A DNA stretch of 63,265 nucleotides, filler included, from 6 parts of 6 records of this genome joined end to end with filler, not necessarily neighbours in it, one strand, 5' to 3'. Positions 49,592-60,358 are shown, numbered from the whole stretch's first letter. Notes: generated by a model not told the origin, from the sequence alone. Numbers and translations are program-made.

Positions 49592-50722
49592 ATGGGTAAA
49601 ATTATAGATCTAAGTGAACTTAGAACAAAAATAGATGATTTAGACAAGCAATTAGTTAAAATTCTTGAGGAAAGATATGCTATAGCAGAAGATGTCGCAG
49701 CATATAAAGAAGCAAACGACTTACCTATCTTCAACAGAGAAAGAGAAGAGGAAGTTATCAAGAAAAACTTAAACTATCTTTCTGATAATGAATATGAAGA
49801 TGAAATCAGAAAAACTTTCGTTAACATCATGGAATTCAGTAAAGATATTCAAATTAGAAGAATTGCTAGAAAAGATGATAAAACTCACGCTTCAGAGAAA
49901 ATTCTTGGTTTCCAAGGTGTAGAAGGTTCATTCAGTCATGAAGCTTTACAAGATTTCTTCGCTGATTATAAAGAGTTAAAAAAATACGAAGAGTTTGAAG
50001 ATGTATTTATCGCCATAAATAAAGGTGAAATTGATTATGGAATTATCCCTATGGATAATTCTTCAACCGGTGAAATTGCTGATGCCTATGACTTAGTTAG
50101 AAAATATGGAAATTATATCATTGGTGAAATTGCTCTAAAAGTTGAGCAAAATTTACTTGGATTACCTGGTACCAAACTTGAGGATATCAAAGAAGTTTAT
50201 TCTCATCCTCAGGCATTTTATCAAAGCTCAGAATTCTTAAAACAACACCCTCAATGGAAATGGATAACATATCCAAATACTGCTGCCAGCGCAAAGTATG
50301 TTAAAGTCGAGGGAGATAAAAGCAAAGCTGCAATTGCCAGTATGAATGCTAAAGCTTTTTATGATCTTGAGGTAATTGAAAAAAATATTTCTCATAATAA
50401 AAATAACTCAACAAGATTCGTAATTATTGGTAGAGATATTGAAGCTACAAATGATTCAAACAAAATTAGTATAATTACATCTACTCCGCATAAAGCTGGA
50501 GGCCTATTTGGATTAATTCAAATATTCGCGGCAAAAGGTCTTAATATGTTAAGTATTAAATCAAGACCTATGCTGGACAGACCTTGGGAATACTTCTTCT
50601 ATATTGATTTCGAAGGAAATCTTGAAACTGAAGAGACTAAGGCTGCAATTGATGAGATTAGAACTACTAGCAGTTATTTCAAAGTTCTTGGAAATTACAA
50701 AAAAGATATAAATATTTTATAG
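49592..50722 (+). CDS. pheA: Chorismate mutase/prephenate dehydratase (P-protein)
   Basis: AroQ LR.KID.LD, GFQG..GSFS, SHPQA, NSTRF, ACT I.SRP. Confidence 0.93.
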   Translation: MGKIIDLSELRTKIDDLDKQLVKILEERYAIAEDVAAYKEANDLPIFNREREEEVIKKNLNYLSDNEYEDEIRKTFVNIMEFSKDIQIRRIARKDDKTHASEKILGFQGVEGSFSHEALQDFFADYKELKKYEEFEDVFIAINKGEIDYGIIPMDNSSTGEIADAYDLVRKYGNYIIGEIALKVEQNLLGLPGTKLEDIKEVYSHPQAFYQSSEFLKQHPQWKWITYPNTAASAKYVKVEGDKSKAAIASMNAKAFYDLEVIEKNISHNKNNSTRFVIIGRDIEATNDSNKISIITSTPHKAGGLFGLIQIFAAKGLNMLSIKSRPMLDRPWEYFFYIDFEGNLETEETKAAIDEIRTTSSYFKVLGNYKKDINIL

Positions 50723-50735
50723 ATAAAATTTGTAA

Positions 50736-50756
50736 GGGCAGACATAGAATCTGCCC
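50736..50756. repeat. Short palindrome, REP-like
   Basis: GTAA-GGGCAGA-catagaa-TCTGCCC in an AT-rich intergenic gap. Confidence 0.4.
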
Positions 50757-50815
50757 CTAAATTTATATAGGAAATTTTATAATCCTATATTCTAATTAAC
50801 GAGGGGGTAATTGAA

Positions 50816-52117
50816 TTGGACAAACTAGGATTAATCGGAGCAAAATTAGGGTACAGCTTCTCCAAAGTAATACACAATATGTCATTTAAATTTAATAAAA
50901 TTGATGCAAATTTTGAGTTAATAGAAGTTCCAACTGAAAAAGTTGAAGAGGTAGTTAATCAGGTTAGAGATAAAGAGTTACATGGAATTAACGTGACTAT
51001 TCCTCATAAAATGACTGTTATTCCATTTCTTGACCAGCTTTCACCTGAAGCAGAAAAAATTGGTGCTGTAAATACTATCTGTTATAAAGATGGTAAATTA
51101 ACAGGATTTAATACTGATTATTTTGGTTTTCTAATGACGCTTGAAAATTTTGAAGTTGATGTTAAAAATAAGAAAGTTTTTGTTCTTGGTAGTGGTGGAG
51201 CAGCAAAAGCTGTTGTTGCATGTATCCAGGATTTAGAAGGGGATGTAACAATTGTCAGCAGACCTGAGGATAATGCAAAGGATAATTTCACTGATGAAAA
51301 TATCACTTTTATGTCATATCAAGAGTTAGAAGAAGTAAGTGAAAAGGATGTACTAATTAACTGTACTCCATGCGGTACTTTCCCAAATACTGAAATTATG
51401 GCTCTTAGCGAAACGTCTCTAAAAGGTTTCACATCTGTTGTAGACGTAGTTTATAATCCTGAAAAAACTTTACTTCTTAGAAAAGCCGAAGAAAACGGCG
51501 CAAAAGCAGTTAATGGACTGTATATGCTTGTTGCTCAGGCTATCAAAGCTGATGAGTTTTATTATGATATTGAAATCGAGAAAGAGATAACAAATAGAAT
51601 CTATAGAAAAATCTCAAGAGATTTATATAAAAAGAATATCGCAATTATTGGTATGCCCGGCTGCGGAAAAACAACTATCGGAGAGATGTTAGCAAAAGAA
51701 TTAGATAAAAAATTCTATGATGTTGATCATGAAATCGAGAAGAAGTCAGCAAGATTAATCTCAGATATCTTTGCAGAAGATGGTGAAGCTGAATTTAGAA
51801 GACTTGAAACTGAGATGACAAAAGAACTTGGTTCAAAATCTGAAGTTATAATTTCCACAGGTGGCGGAGTTGTTAAAAACTACGAAAACATTAAAGCTCT
51901 TAACGAAAACTCAATAATTATTTTCATAGACAGAACACTTGAAGATATTTTTGGTGATGTTGAAACTGCACACAGACCTTTACTTGCAGATGGAAAACAA
52001 AGATTAATAAATTTATATCAAGAAAGATATGAACTGTATAGAAAATACGCTGATATTATAGTTGAAAATAATAGTTCTCTTGAAAAAGTTTTAGATAAAA
52101 TTTTAACTGAAATTTAA
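50816..52117 (+). CDS. Shikimate dehydrogenase-shikimate kinase fusion (AroE-AroK)
   Basis: NVTIPHK, GAVNT, NTD, GSGGAA, then GMPGCGKTT, FRRLE, STGGG, RPLL; TTG start with GAGGGGG RBS. Confidence 0.92.
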   Translation: MDKLGLIGAKLGYSFSKVIHNMSFKFNKIDANFELIEVPTEKVEEVVNQVRDKELHGINVTIPHKMTVIPFLDQLSPEAEKIGAVNTICYKDGKLTGFNTDYFGFLMTLENFEVDVKNKKVFVLGSGGAAKAVVACIQDLEGDVTIVSRPEDNAKDNFTDENITFMSYQELEEVSEKDVLINCTPCGTFPNTEIMALSETSLKGFTSVVDVVYNPEKTLLLRKAEENGAKAVNGLYMLVAQAIKADEFYYDIEIEKEITNRIYRKISRDLYKKNIAIIGMPGCGKTTIGEMLAKELDKKFYDVDHEIEKKSARLISDIFAEDGEAEFRRLETEMTKELGSKSEVIISTGGGVVKNYENIKALNENSIIIFIDRTLEDIFGDVETAHRPLLADGKQRLINLYQERYELYRKYADIIVENNSSLEKVLDKILTEI

Positions 52118-52128
52118 ATATTTCTTTT

Positions 52129-52160
52129 AACTCTCTCATAATTATTGGGAGAGTTTTTTT
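52129..52160 (+). terminator. Intrinsic terminator of the aro operon
   Basis: AACTCTCTCA...TGGGAGAGTT-TTTTT. Confidence 0.75.
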
Positions 52161-52202
52161 ATTATTTAATTACTTTTTTCATCTTTTATCAATATTTTTT
52201 TA

Positions 52203-52231
52203 TTGCATTCTACTTCAAAGCAGGATATAAT
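52203..52231 (+). promoter_or_regulatory. Sigma70 promoter
   Basis: TTGCAT-17 nt-TATAAT upstream of the M42 gene. Confidence 0.6.
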
Positions 52232-52264
52232 TTTTATTGAAATAAATTATTTTGAGGAGGATAA

Positions 52265-53299
52265 ATGGAAATAAATAAAAAATATTTAATTGATAAATTA
52301 GTTGAATTGTTAAATATAAACAGTCCGTCAGGTGACACAAAGGAAGCTGTGAATTTTGTTAAAGCTGAGTTTGAAAAATTTGGACTTGAAACTAAAGTAA
52401 CTATTAAAGGGGCTTTAATTGCAACACTTAAAGGAAAATCTGAAAAAGAGGTTGCTGTTTCTGCTCATGTTGATACTCTAGGGGCAATGGTTAAAGAGAT
52501 TAAATCAAATGGAAGGCTTGCTCTAACTCAAATTGGTGGCTTCCCGTGGGTTACTGTTGATGGGGAATACTGTACTATCTCTGCTCTTAACGGGCAAAAA
52601 TACAGAGGAACAATTTTACATGAAAAAACAGCTGCCCATACATATGGAAATATTCCAAAGGAAGATATTCGAACAGAAAAAAATATGGAAGTAAGAATAG
52701 ATGAGGAAGTTTTTTCTAAAGAAGATACAGAAAACTTAGGAATTGAAGTAGGAGATTATGTCTATCTTGACCCAAGAACAGAAGTTACCAAGAGCGGATT
52801 TATCAAATCAAGACACCTTGATGATAAAGCTTGTGTTGCTGTTTTATTAGAAGTTGCAAGAGAACTTCATGAAAATAAGAGAACTCCTGCTAATACAACT
52901 CATTTTTTTATTTCCAACTACGAAGAAGTTGGCCATGGTGCTGCCGGTGTTTTAGATGATAAAGTAGAAGAACTAATAGCCGTTGACATGGCATGTCCCG
53001 GACCAAATCAAAAATCAACTGAGCAAGGTGTTACTATTTGTGTAAAAGATAGTTCAGGTCCATATGATTTGGATATTAAAAGAAAATTAGTTGAATTAGG
53101 AAAAGAAAATAATCTAGACTATAACTTAGATATTTATAATTATTATGGTTCAGACGCAAGTGCCGCACTCAGAGCAGGTGATCAAATCAAACACGGGCTT
53201 ATAGGACCTGGTGTTGATGCTAGTCATGCATACGAAAGAACTCACATAAAAGGGCTTGAAAATACTGCTAAATTACTCTACTCATATATATGCAAATAA
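52265..53299 (+). CDS. M42 family aminopeptidase (YhfE-like)
   Basis: SAHVDTLG, SRHLDDK, YEEVGHG, AVDM, SHAYER. Confidence 0.9.
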   Translation: MEINKKYLIDKLVELLNINSPSGDTKEAVNFVKAEFEKFGLETKVTIKGALIATLKGKSEKEVAVSAHVDTLGAMVKEIKSNGRLALTQIGGFPWVTVDGEYCTISALNGQKYRGTILHEKTAAHTYGNIPKEDIRTEKNMEVRIDEEVFSKEDTENLGIEVGDYVYLDPRTEVTKSGFIKSRHLDDKACVAVLLEVARELHENKRTPANTTHFFISNYEEVGHGAAGVLDDKVEELIAVDMACPGPNQKSTEQGVTICVKDSSGPYDLDIKRKLVELGKENNLDYNLDIYNYYGSDASAALRAGDQIKHGLIGPGVDASHAYERTHIKGLENTAKLLYSYICK

Positions 53300-53318
53300 A
53301 AGATTTTCACAAAAAAAC

Positions 53319-53350
53319 AAAAAGATACCTAGGTAACCAGGTATCTTTTA
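53319..53350. terminator. Bidirectional terminator
   Basis: AAAAGATACCT...AGGTATCTTTT. Confidence 0.75.
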
Positions 53351-53387
53351 TTTTAAATTATATTTAATTTTTCTATGGCTATTTTCT

Positions 53388-53645
53388 TCAAGCGGCTAAA
53401 AATATTCCTTCTTCATTTATCCAATATCTGTCTTTACTCAACTTATAGTAGTTTCTCCAATTTATAGCTTTGGGAAAATATGATCTTCTTATTCTGTTGA
53501 AATTATAGCCATCTTTAAAAAGTGGTATTTTAAAATGTGCTCTATGATCATACTTTACATACACAGTATCCTCTAAAATGGTATAAAATATATCTTTGTT
53601 TAAATGATAAACAACTATTGTATTCATTTTACTCATTATATTCAC
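53388..53645 (-). CDS. Small hypothetical protein
   Basis: 85-aa ORF with AGGTG RBS-like sequence, ending near a bidirectional terminator. Confidence 0.5.
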   Translation of the reverse strand: MNIMSKMNTIVVYHLNKDIFYTILEDTVYVKYDHRAHFKIPLFKDGYNFNRIRRSYFPKAINWRNYYKLSKDRYWINEEGIFLAA

Positions 53646-53925
53646 CTTTCTGTGTTAAAGTTATGTTATTTACAATAATAATCCCAATAATACACTCTCT
53701 ATAAATATATTAGTATTTTTTTTTATGAAAAACACCCTTGAATTGCTCAACTATACTTACCTAAAATTATTATCGGTGTGGATCTAAGAATTCTATAGAA
53801 ATTTTTCTACTACTATTTTACTATATTAATTTAATATTCTATAATTTTTTCTTAATTTTTTTATACAAAAGTGGTAATATATTTTTAAACATAAATTTCT
53901 TATTAAGATACTAAGGAGTACAAAA

Positions 53926-54591
53926 ATGAAATTAAAAGTTTTAGTTGCTGATGATGAACCGAAATATCAAATGATTATAAAAGATACTCTTGAAAGTCAA
54001 GGTTATGAAGTTATTACTGCAAGTGATGGAGAGCAAGCAATTGATATCTTCTATGAGCAAAGAAATTTTGATCTGTTAATTCTAGATATTATGATGCCAA
54101 AATATGATGGTAGAGAAGTTTGTAAAGAGATTAGAAAGGATTCAAGTGTACTTATACTTATGTTAACAGCACTTGGAGATGAAAAAAATGAAATAGTTGG
54201 TTTAAATATCGGTGCCGATAGTTATATGGCTAAACCATTTAGTTTACCTAAATTAATCGCAAGAGTAAATGCCCTAACAAGAAAAATTAAAGAAGAAAAA
54301 GCTAAAAAGTTGGAAGTTGCAGGTTATACTATCAATGAAAATAAAAAAATTGTTTTCAAAAATGAATCAGCTGTCGACTTAACTCCAAAGGAATATGATC
54401 TTTTCCTATACCTGATTCTTAACAGAGGAATCGTCCAAAGTAGAGAGAAGCTCTTAAATCGCGTATGGGGCTTTGATTTTGACGGAACTCACAGAACTGT
54501 AGATACGCACATAAAATCTCTCAGAGCTAAACTCAGTGATGCTAGCGAGCAAATTAAAACTATATGGGGAAAAGGATATATGTTTGAATAA
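53926..54591 (+). CDS. OmpR-family response regulator
   Basis: VADDE, LDIMMP, MLTA, KPF, LTPKE, RTVDTHIK, TIWGKGY. Confidence 0.93.
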   Translation: MKLKVLVADDEPKYQMIIKDTLESQGYEVITASDGEQAIDIFYEQRNFDLLILDIMMPKYDGREVCKEIRKDSSVLILMLTALGDEKNEIVGLNIGADSYMAKPFSLPKLIARVNALTRKIKEEKAKKLEVAGYTINENKKIVFKNESAVDLTPKEYDLFLYLILNRGIVQSREKLLNRVWGFDFDGTHRTVDTHIKSLRAKLSDASEQIKTIWGKGYMFE

Positions 54592-54628
54592 TTTTAATTA
54601 AAATATAATGATTGTCTAAATCTAAAGC

Positions 54629-54728
54629 NNNNNNNNNNNNNNNNNNNNNNNNNNNNNNNNNNNNNNNNNNNNTTAATTAATTAANNNNNNNNNNNNNNNN
54701 NNNNNNNNNNNNNNNNNNNNNNNNNNNN
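54629..54728. other. Artificial contig spacer
   Basis: N44-TTAATTAATTAA-N44. Confidence 0.99.
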
Positions 54729-54825
54729 AAATGCACCTTTATATTTTATCACCTTTATTATCATCTATAAACATATCCCAAATATTATTAGACTTTTTCA
54801 AGGGAAAGAATTAAAAGTTGCCTAA
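54729..54825 (+). CDS. plsY: Glycerol-3-phosphate acyltransferase PlsY, C-terminal fragment
   Basis: Manual translation ..IIYKHIPNIIRLFQGKELKVA*; upstream of folB. Confidence 0.8.
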
Positions 54826-55156
54826 AGCTCACACTTTTAGTATCCATATAGAGGATCTTCAATTTAAAACAATTATTGGGATCCTTCCACAAGAAAGAAT
54901 TGAGCAGCAAAATATCATTGTTGATCTCTCATTTGAGTATCTATATGATTCTTCAAACAATGATTTTATTGATTATAGTGTCGTAGTAGAGGATCTTAAA
55001 AATATCTTCCATGAGAAAAAATTTGAGCTTATAGAAGAAGCTCTTATTTATATTGAGGAGTTTTTAACTACAAAATATTCTATTAACAACTTTAAATTAA
55101 AAATTGTAAAGCCCGATATTTTAGAAGATTGTAATGTTGGGGTTTCAAACTTTTAA
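54818..55156 (+). CDS. folB: Dihydroneopterin aldolase
   Basis: IIGILPQER...Q, IDYS, FELIEE, KPDI...VGV. Confidence 0.85.
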   Translation: MPKAHTFSIHIEDLQFKTIIGILPQERIEQQNIIVDLSFEYLYDSSNNDFIDYSVVVEDLKNIFHEKKFELIEEALIYIEEFLTTKYSINNFKLKIVKPDILEDCNVGVSNF

Positions 55157-55845
55157 ATCAAATCTAAAAAATCACTTTTGTAAACCAATACCTCTTTTGT
55201 ATCTCTATTATAAATAAATCTTCTATCATTTTTTTTAATTCTCTCTAATATAATACTTTTTATTTGAGAATCACTTTTATTATGTCGTTTCATATAAAGA
55301 AAAAACTCTTTGATATCCATGAGTTGCATTTGAGAAGATTTAGTTTCTCTGTGAGTCTTTAATATCTCTTTTTCAATGTCTCTTTGATGTTTTTCCTTAT
55401 GCTCTAGCTGGTAGATATTTTTCATCTCACTAAAAGCACTTTTTAAAAGCTCAACTTCACTTTGAAATACATTGAGTGTCTGTTTATGATTTTTATCAAG
55501 TCTGTGAATCTCTGCTTTGTACTGTTTTCTCATCAATTTTAAAGTGTGCTTTAAGATCGCTATTTGCTCATCTTTTGACTTTAAAGCGATCTTTTGAAAC
55601 TCATCAAGTAGTCCACTTGTTTGCTGTTCATTTGAGGTATAAATAGTTTTAGGGTTTGGGGTAGTTCTTTGATTTTGTTTTGGCTCGGTAGTTTGTTTTT
55701 GGATAAGGTCTTGATCAAGATATACGTATGTTTTCCCATCTTGTTTGAGCGATTCTAACTGACCTTTTTTTATCCTATAATGAATCCCTTGTAAGGAGAG
55801 TCCTAAGATATCAGCTGCTTCACTACTTGAGATAAGCTTTTTCAA
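55153..55845 (-). CDS. HTH DNA-binding protein with coiled coil
   Basis: EAADILGLSLQGIHYRIKKGQL HTH; KDEQI..LK coiled coil. Confidence 0.75.
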   Translation of the reverse strand: MKKLISSSEAADILGLSLQGIHYRIKKGQLESLKQDGKTYVYLDQDLIQKQTTEPKQNQRTTPNPKTIYTSNEQQTSGLLDEFQKIALKSKDEQIAILKHTLKLMRKQYKAEIHRLDKNHKQTLNVFQSEVELLKSAFSEMKNIYQLEHKEKHQRDIEKEILKTHRETKSSQMQLMDIKEFFLYMKRHNKSDSQIKSIILERIKKNDRRFIYNRDTKEVLVYKSDFLDLI

Positions 55846-55906
55846 AATCGATTTGCCCCTTTTTTAAACACTTTACACCTAATTTAAGTTCATTATACAA
55901 AAACTT

Positions 55907-57529
55907 ATGTTAAATTTAACTATGGATATTTTGACAATTATTGTTTTCACACTTTTTTTATCGCTTGTACTAAATCTTCTATTAAAAAAGATTAATATCT
56001 CTCCAATCGTAGGATATATTTTTACTGGTATCATCATCGTATCTTTTATGGATTTTATCCATATTGATTCAAATTATGTGAACCATATAGCAGAGTATGG
56101 AATCGTTTTTTTGATGTTTACTATTGGACTTGAATTCTCAGTGACCCATCTAAAACAGATGAAAAAAGAGGTTTTTGTCTTTGGGACATTGCAAGTAGTT
56201 ATCACTACTGTATTTTTTGCTTTTATTGCCAATAAACTTTTCGCTCTTGATATTAAAACTTCAATCGTAATAGGATCTGCGCTTGCACTTTCTTCCACTG
56301 CTATTGTGTTAAAAGTATTAAATGAAAATGGAGATATTCATAGGCCTTATGGACGAAACAGTGTAGGAATATTGATCTTTCAAGATCTCGCAGTAATCCC
56401 TATTTTACTTATGATCACCATTTTAGCTGATTCTACAAGATCTCTTGGAGACATGGTATTAAATACTGTTATTTCAGCGATTATTGTGGGTATTATTCTC
56501 TTTATTGTAGGATTTTATATCATTGAAAAGTTTTTAGCATATGTAGTGGATACTCATGTGGAAGAGCTTTTTATCGCTTCAATCTTATTGATAGTACTCT
56601 CTTCTGCTTGGCTTGCTCATAGTTTTGGATTTTCCCACTCACTTGGAGCTTTTTTAGCAGGGATGATGATCGCTGAGACAAAATATAAGTATCAGATCGA
56701 AGCTGACCTTGTACCATTTAGAGACATCTTACTTGGAGTATTTTTTATCTCTGTGGGGATGCAAGTCAATTTAATGGCAATTTTTGAAAACTTTTTTACT
56801 ATTGTTGGATTATCAATTGCTATTTTAGCACTCAAAGCACTTTTAATTTTTGCTATTATTCGAATCTTTACTTTTACAAAACGTGCTATTAAAACTGCTC
56901 TTGCTTTAGCACAAGTGGGAGAATTCTCATTTGCAGTATTTGCACTAGCTAGTGCGAATAACCTAATAGATAATGAACTCAATCAAATTATGATCTCTGT
57001 TGTTATTATCTCTTTGATCTTTACCTCTTTAGCACTTCGTCATGTAAGAGCCTTTACAAATTGGTTTTATCCTGAGAGAACAGAAGTTTTAGAAGAGCCA
57101 ATGGTAAGTGCAGATATAAAAAATCATATTATTGTATGTGGATATTCACTTCTTGGTCAAAAAATCGTAAAAAGATTAAAAGATTCTGGTTTTGCTTATG
57201 CAGCCATTGAGCATGATAGACAGCATGTAAAAGAGGGGCTTGATCGTGGGGATGTGGTCTTCTTTGGAAATGCAGCTTCAAAAATTATGCTCGATTCTTT
57301 ATTTGTAAAAAATGCAACAGCAGTTATAATTGCAATCGATAATGATGAAAAGATACGACTAATTACTGAAGCTATCAAAGGAATTGATCCAACCATATCA
57401 GTTATTGTAAAAATAACCCATAAAGCACAAATTGAAGACTTTAATGATCTTCATATTGATGGCTTTGTAAATGAAAATGAAATAGTAGCTGAACAGCTAG
57501 TATACGCGGCAACCCACTGTAAAATATAA
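55907..57529 (+). CDS. Kef-type cation:proton antiporter with TrkA-N domain
   Basis: LMFTIGLE, LSSTAIV, FQDL, LGAFLAG, QVGEF; HIIVCGY..LG. Confidence 0.9.
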   Translation: MLNLTMDILTIIVFTLFLSLVLNLLLKKINISPIVGYIFTGIIIVSFMDFIHIDSNYVNHIAEYGIVFLMFTIGLEFSVTHLKQMKKEVFVFGTLQVVITTVFFAFIANKLFALDIKTSIVIGSALALSSTAIVLKVLNENGDIHRPYGRNSVGILIFQDLAVIPILLMITILADSTRSLGDMVLNTVISAIIVGIILFIVGFYIIEKFLAYVVDTHVEELFIASILLIVLSSAWLAHSFGFSHSLGAFLAGMMIAETKYKYQIEADLVPFRDILLGVFFISVGMQVNLMAIFENFFTIVGLSIAILALKALLIFAIIRIFTFTKRAIKTALALAQVGEFSFAVFALASANNLIDNELNQIMISVVIISLIFTSLALRHVRAFTNWFYPERTEVLEEPMVSADIKNHIIVCGYSLLGQKIVKRLKDSGFAYAAIEHDRQHVKEGLDRGDVVFFGNAASKIMLDSLFVKNATAVIIAIDNDEKIRLITEAIKGIDPTISVIVKITHKAQIEDFNDLHIDGFVNENEIVAEQLVYAATHCKI

Positions 57530-57542
57530 AGGAGCAAAATAA

Positions 57543-57839
57543 TTGGCTAGTTATGAATATGAGATAAAAGATGAACTTGATCTAGATGAACCAAAAAAAT
57601 ACAAAGTATTACTTTTAAATGATGATTTTTCCACTATGGATTTTGTTATTGATGTATTAATAAGCGTTTTTCGTAAATCATTAAATGAGGCTGAAGCTAT
57701 TATGTTAACAGTTCATAATAACGGAAAAGCAATCTGTGGTGTGTATACTAAGGAAATTGCTTTAACAAAAGTAGCGCAAGTAAAAACAATGGCACGAAAA
57801 GCAGGTTTTCCTCTTAAAGCCATTGCCCAAGAGGAATAA
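57543..57839 (+). CDS. clpS: ATP-dependent Clp protease adaptor
   Basis: YKVLLLNDDFSTMDFV, MLTVH..G, GFPL. Confidence 0.95.
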   Translation: MASYEYEIKDELDLDEPKKYKVLLLNDDFSTMDFVIDVLISVFRKSLNEAEAIMLTVHNNGKAICGVYTKEIALTKVAQVKTMARKAGFPLKAIAQEE

Positions 57840-57842
57840 CAA

Positions 57843-60074
57843 ATGATTAGTAAAGAATTACAACAAGTATTTACAAATGCAGTAAATTATGCACGAGCTC
57901 ACAGACATGAATATATTACAGTAGAGCACGTTTTTTTATATCTTTTAGAGGATAAATCTATTGTTTCTTTACTCAATCAATTACAAATTGACCATACTGA
58001 ACTACAAGAGAGATTAAAAGTTTATATACTTAATAATACTCCAGTGTATCCTACTGAGATAAAAAATCAAGACCCACTAGAAACTGTAACCCTCACACAT
58101 ACTATTGAGCAAATGGTTGCACATGCTGGGCTTTCAGGGAAATCTGAATCTTCAATCGAAGATATGTTTGTTTATATTTTAAAAGATGAACAAACATATT
58201 GTAGTTATCTTTTAAAACAACAAGGATTAGAAAAAGTTGATATCTTAGAAGAGATTAGCCATGGTTCATATAAAGATGAAGAAGAGGAACTAATAGATCT
58301 CAAAGAGCTGAAAAAAGCTCACCAAAACCAAGAAGAGTCTCCTTTAAGTGAAAATAGTACTGAACTAGTTAGCTTAGCAAAAGAGGGAAAAATAGATCCA
58401 GTTATTGGTCGAGAGCATGAAGTAAGCAGAGTAATAGAGATACTTGCTAGAAGAAAGAAAAACAATCCTATTTTATTAGGGGAAACAGGAGTTGGGAAAA
58501 CTGCTATTGTAGAAGGGCTTGCTTTAAAAATAGCAAATGAAGAGACTCCAGAATTTTTACATGATACAAAACTCTATTCACTCGATATGGGATCACTTCT
58601 TGCTGGGACAAAATATAGAGGTGATTTTGAGAAAAAACTCAAATCAGTTATTAAAGAGGTGATAAAAAAGAAAAATGCCATCCTATTTATTGATGAGATC
58701 CATACGGTTGTAGGAGCAGGAAGTGTTGGTGGAAGCACCATGGATGCTTCAAATATCTTAAAACCTCTTTTAAGTAGTGGTGAGCTAAAACTTATCGGTG
58801 CGACAACGTATGAAGAGTATAGAAATGATTTTGGAAAAGACAAGGCATTTAGTAGAAGATTTGCAAAAGTTGAAGTACAAGAGCCTTCAATTGAAGATTG
58901 TGCCCTTATTTTAGAAGGTTTAAAAGAGAAATATGAAACTTTTCATAATGTAAAATATACAGGGAAAAGTCTTCAACTAGCAGCTGAACTTAGTAAAAAA
59001 TTTATCAATGATCGATATCTACCAGATAGTGCAATTGATGTAATAGATGAAGTAGCTGCAACTATAAAACTTCAAAAACCAAAATCAAAATCAGCAGTCA
59101 AAATTTTAGAGAGTGATATTGAAAATACTATTGCAAATATTGCAAATATCCCTCCAAAAACTGCAACAAAATCTGATATCTCTTTACTAAAAAGCTTAGA
59201 GAAAAGCCTACAAAAAAGGCTATTTGGACAAGATGATGCAATCACAACAGTTATCAAAGCTATTAAGATCAATCGATCTGGAATGGGAGCAGATAATAAA
59301 CCTGTAGGAAGTTTTCTTTTTACAGGTTCAACTGGTGTAGGGAAAACAGAGGTTGCAAAAGAGTTAGCAAATGAGCTAGGGGTTCATTTTGAAAGATTTG
59401 ATATGTCTGAGTATGGGGAAGCACATACTGTAAGTAGACTTATTGGAGCACCTGCAGGATATGTAGGATACGAAAAAGGGGGATTACTTACTGAAGCTAT
59501 TCGAAAGCACCCACATTGTGTCCTTCTTTTAGATGAGATAGAAAAAGCGCACCCAGATCTTATGAGTCTTCTTTTACAAGTAATGGATAATGCGACCCTT
59601 ACAGATAATAATGGAGCAAAAGCAGACTTCCAAAATGTCATTTTAATTATGACATCAAACCTTGGAGCAAAAGCTACAGCTATTATGGGATTTGAAAAAG
59701 ACTCCAATCTAAATGAAGATAAGGCTGTAAAGAAATTCTTTGCACCTGAATTTAGAAATAGACTTGATGCAGTAGTAAAATTTGCATCACTTAGTGAAGA
59801 TGTTGTGATTAAAGTTGTTGGGAAATTTATCACTGATCTTGAAGAGAGTTTGATAGAGAAAAATATTAAGATAAAAATCTCTCTTAAGGCTAAAAAAGAG
59901 CTTGCTAATAAAGGCTATGATCAACTAATGGGAGCAAGACCACTACAAAGAGTGATCTCTGAATATATTAAAATACCACTGAGTGATGAGATTCTTTTTG
60001 GAAAACTAAAAAATGGTGGTGAAGTGAAAATTGATTTTAAAAATGAAGAGTTTACTTTTAGTTTTGATAAATAA
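57843..60074 (+). CDS. clpA: ATP-dependent Clp protease ATPase subunit
   Basis: Two AAA+ modules (GETGVGKT, GSTGVGKT), no long M-domain, downstream of clpS. Confidence 0.95.
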   Translation: MISKELQQVFTNAVNYARAHRHEYITVEHVFLYLLEDKSIVSLLNQLQIDHTELQERLKVYILNNTPVYPTEIKNQDPLETVTLTHTIEQMVAHAGLSGKSESSIEDMFVYILKDEQTYCSYLLKQQGLEKVDILEEISHGSYKDEEEELIDLKELKKAHQNQEESPLSENSTELVSLAKEGKIDPVIGREHEVSRVIEILARRKKNNPILLGETGVGKTAIVEGLALKIANEETPEFLHDTKLYSLDMGSLLAGTKYRGDFEKKLKSVIKEVIKKKNAILFIDEIHTVVGAGSVGGSTMDASNILKPLLSSGELKLIGATTYEEYRNDFGKDKAFSRRFAKVEVQEPSIEDCALILEGLKEKYETFHNVKYTGKSLQLAAELSKKFINDRYLPDSAIDVIDEVAATIKLQKPKSKSAVKILESDIENTIANIANIPPKTATKSDISLLKSLEKSLQKRLFGQDDAITTVIKAIKINRSGMGADNKPVGSFLFTGSTGVGKTEVAKELANELGVHFERFDMSEYGEAHTVSRLIGAPAGYVGYEKGGLLTEAIRKHPHCVLLLDEIEKAHPDLMSLLLQVMDNATLTDNNGAKADFQNVILIMTSNLGAKATAIMGFEKDSNLNEDKAVKKFFAPEFRNRLDAVVKFASLSEDVVIKVVGKFITDLEESLIEKNIKIKISLKAKKELANKGYDQLMGARPLQRVISEYIKIPLSDEILFGKLKNGGEVKIDFKNEEFTFSFDK

Positions 60075-60088
60075 AGAGGAAAATTTGA

Positions 60089-60358
60089 TTATTTAAAATC
60101 AAATTTTCCACTTGTCCAATAATCCTCAGAAAGTTTTATCTTTTTCTCTTCAGCTGCTTTTCCTGTTAAATTAATATAAGATTTTTCTCCATAAAACTCT
60201 TCACCACCACTTGATTTAATCTGATATGTCTCCGCAGCTTCATCTTTCGTAGTATACCAATATGATCCTATTGCTACAGCTAATATAAAGATGATTGCAT
60301 ACATTAAAAGATTGCTTTTTTTTGCTTTTTGTTTTTTTTGCGCTTGTGCTGTTGTCAT
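60089..60358 (-). CDS. Small single-TM hypothetical protein under riboswitch control
   Basis: GAGGTG RBS 6 nt before ATG 60358; basic N-terminus, LLMYAIIFILAVAIGSYW TM. Confidence 0.75.
   Translation of the reverse strand: MTTAQAQKKQKAKKSNLLMYAIIFILAVAIGSYWYTTKDEAAETYQIKSSGGEEFYGEKSYINLTGKAAEEKKIKLSEDYWTSGKFDFK

Noticed and set aside
34777-52117. Two aromatic amino acid clusters that seem complementary
   Set aside because: They lie on different contigs from different organisms, so no linkage can be inferred.
53926-54628. Apparently orphan response regulator
   Set aside because: The contig ends 37 nt after the stop, so a partner kinase cannot be excluded.
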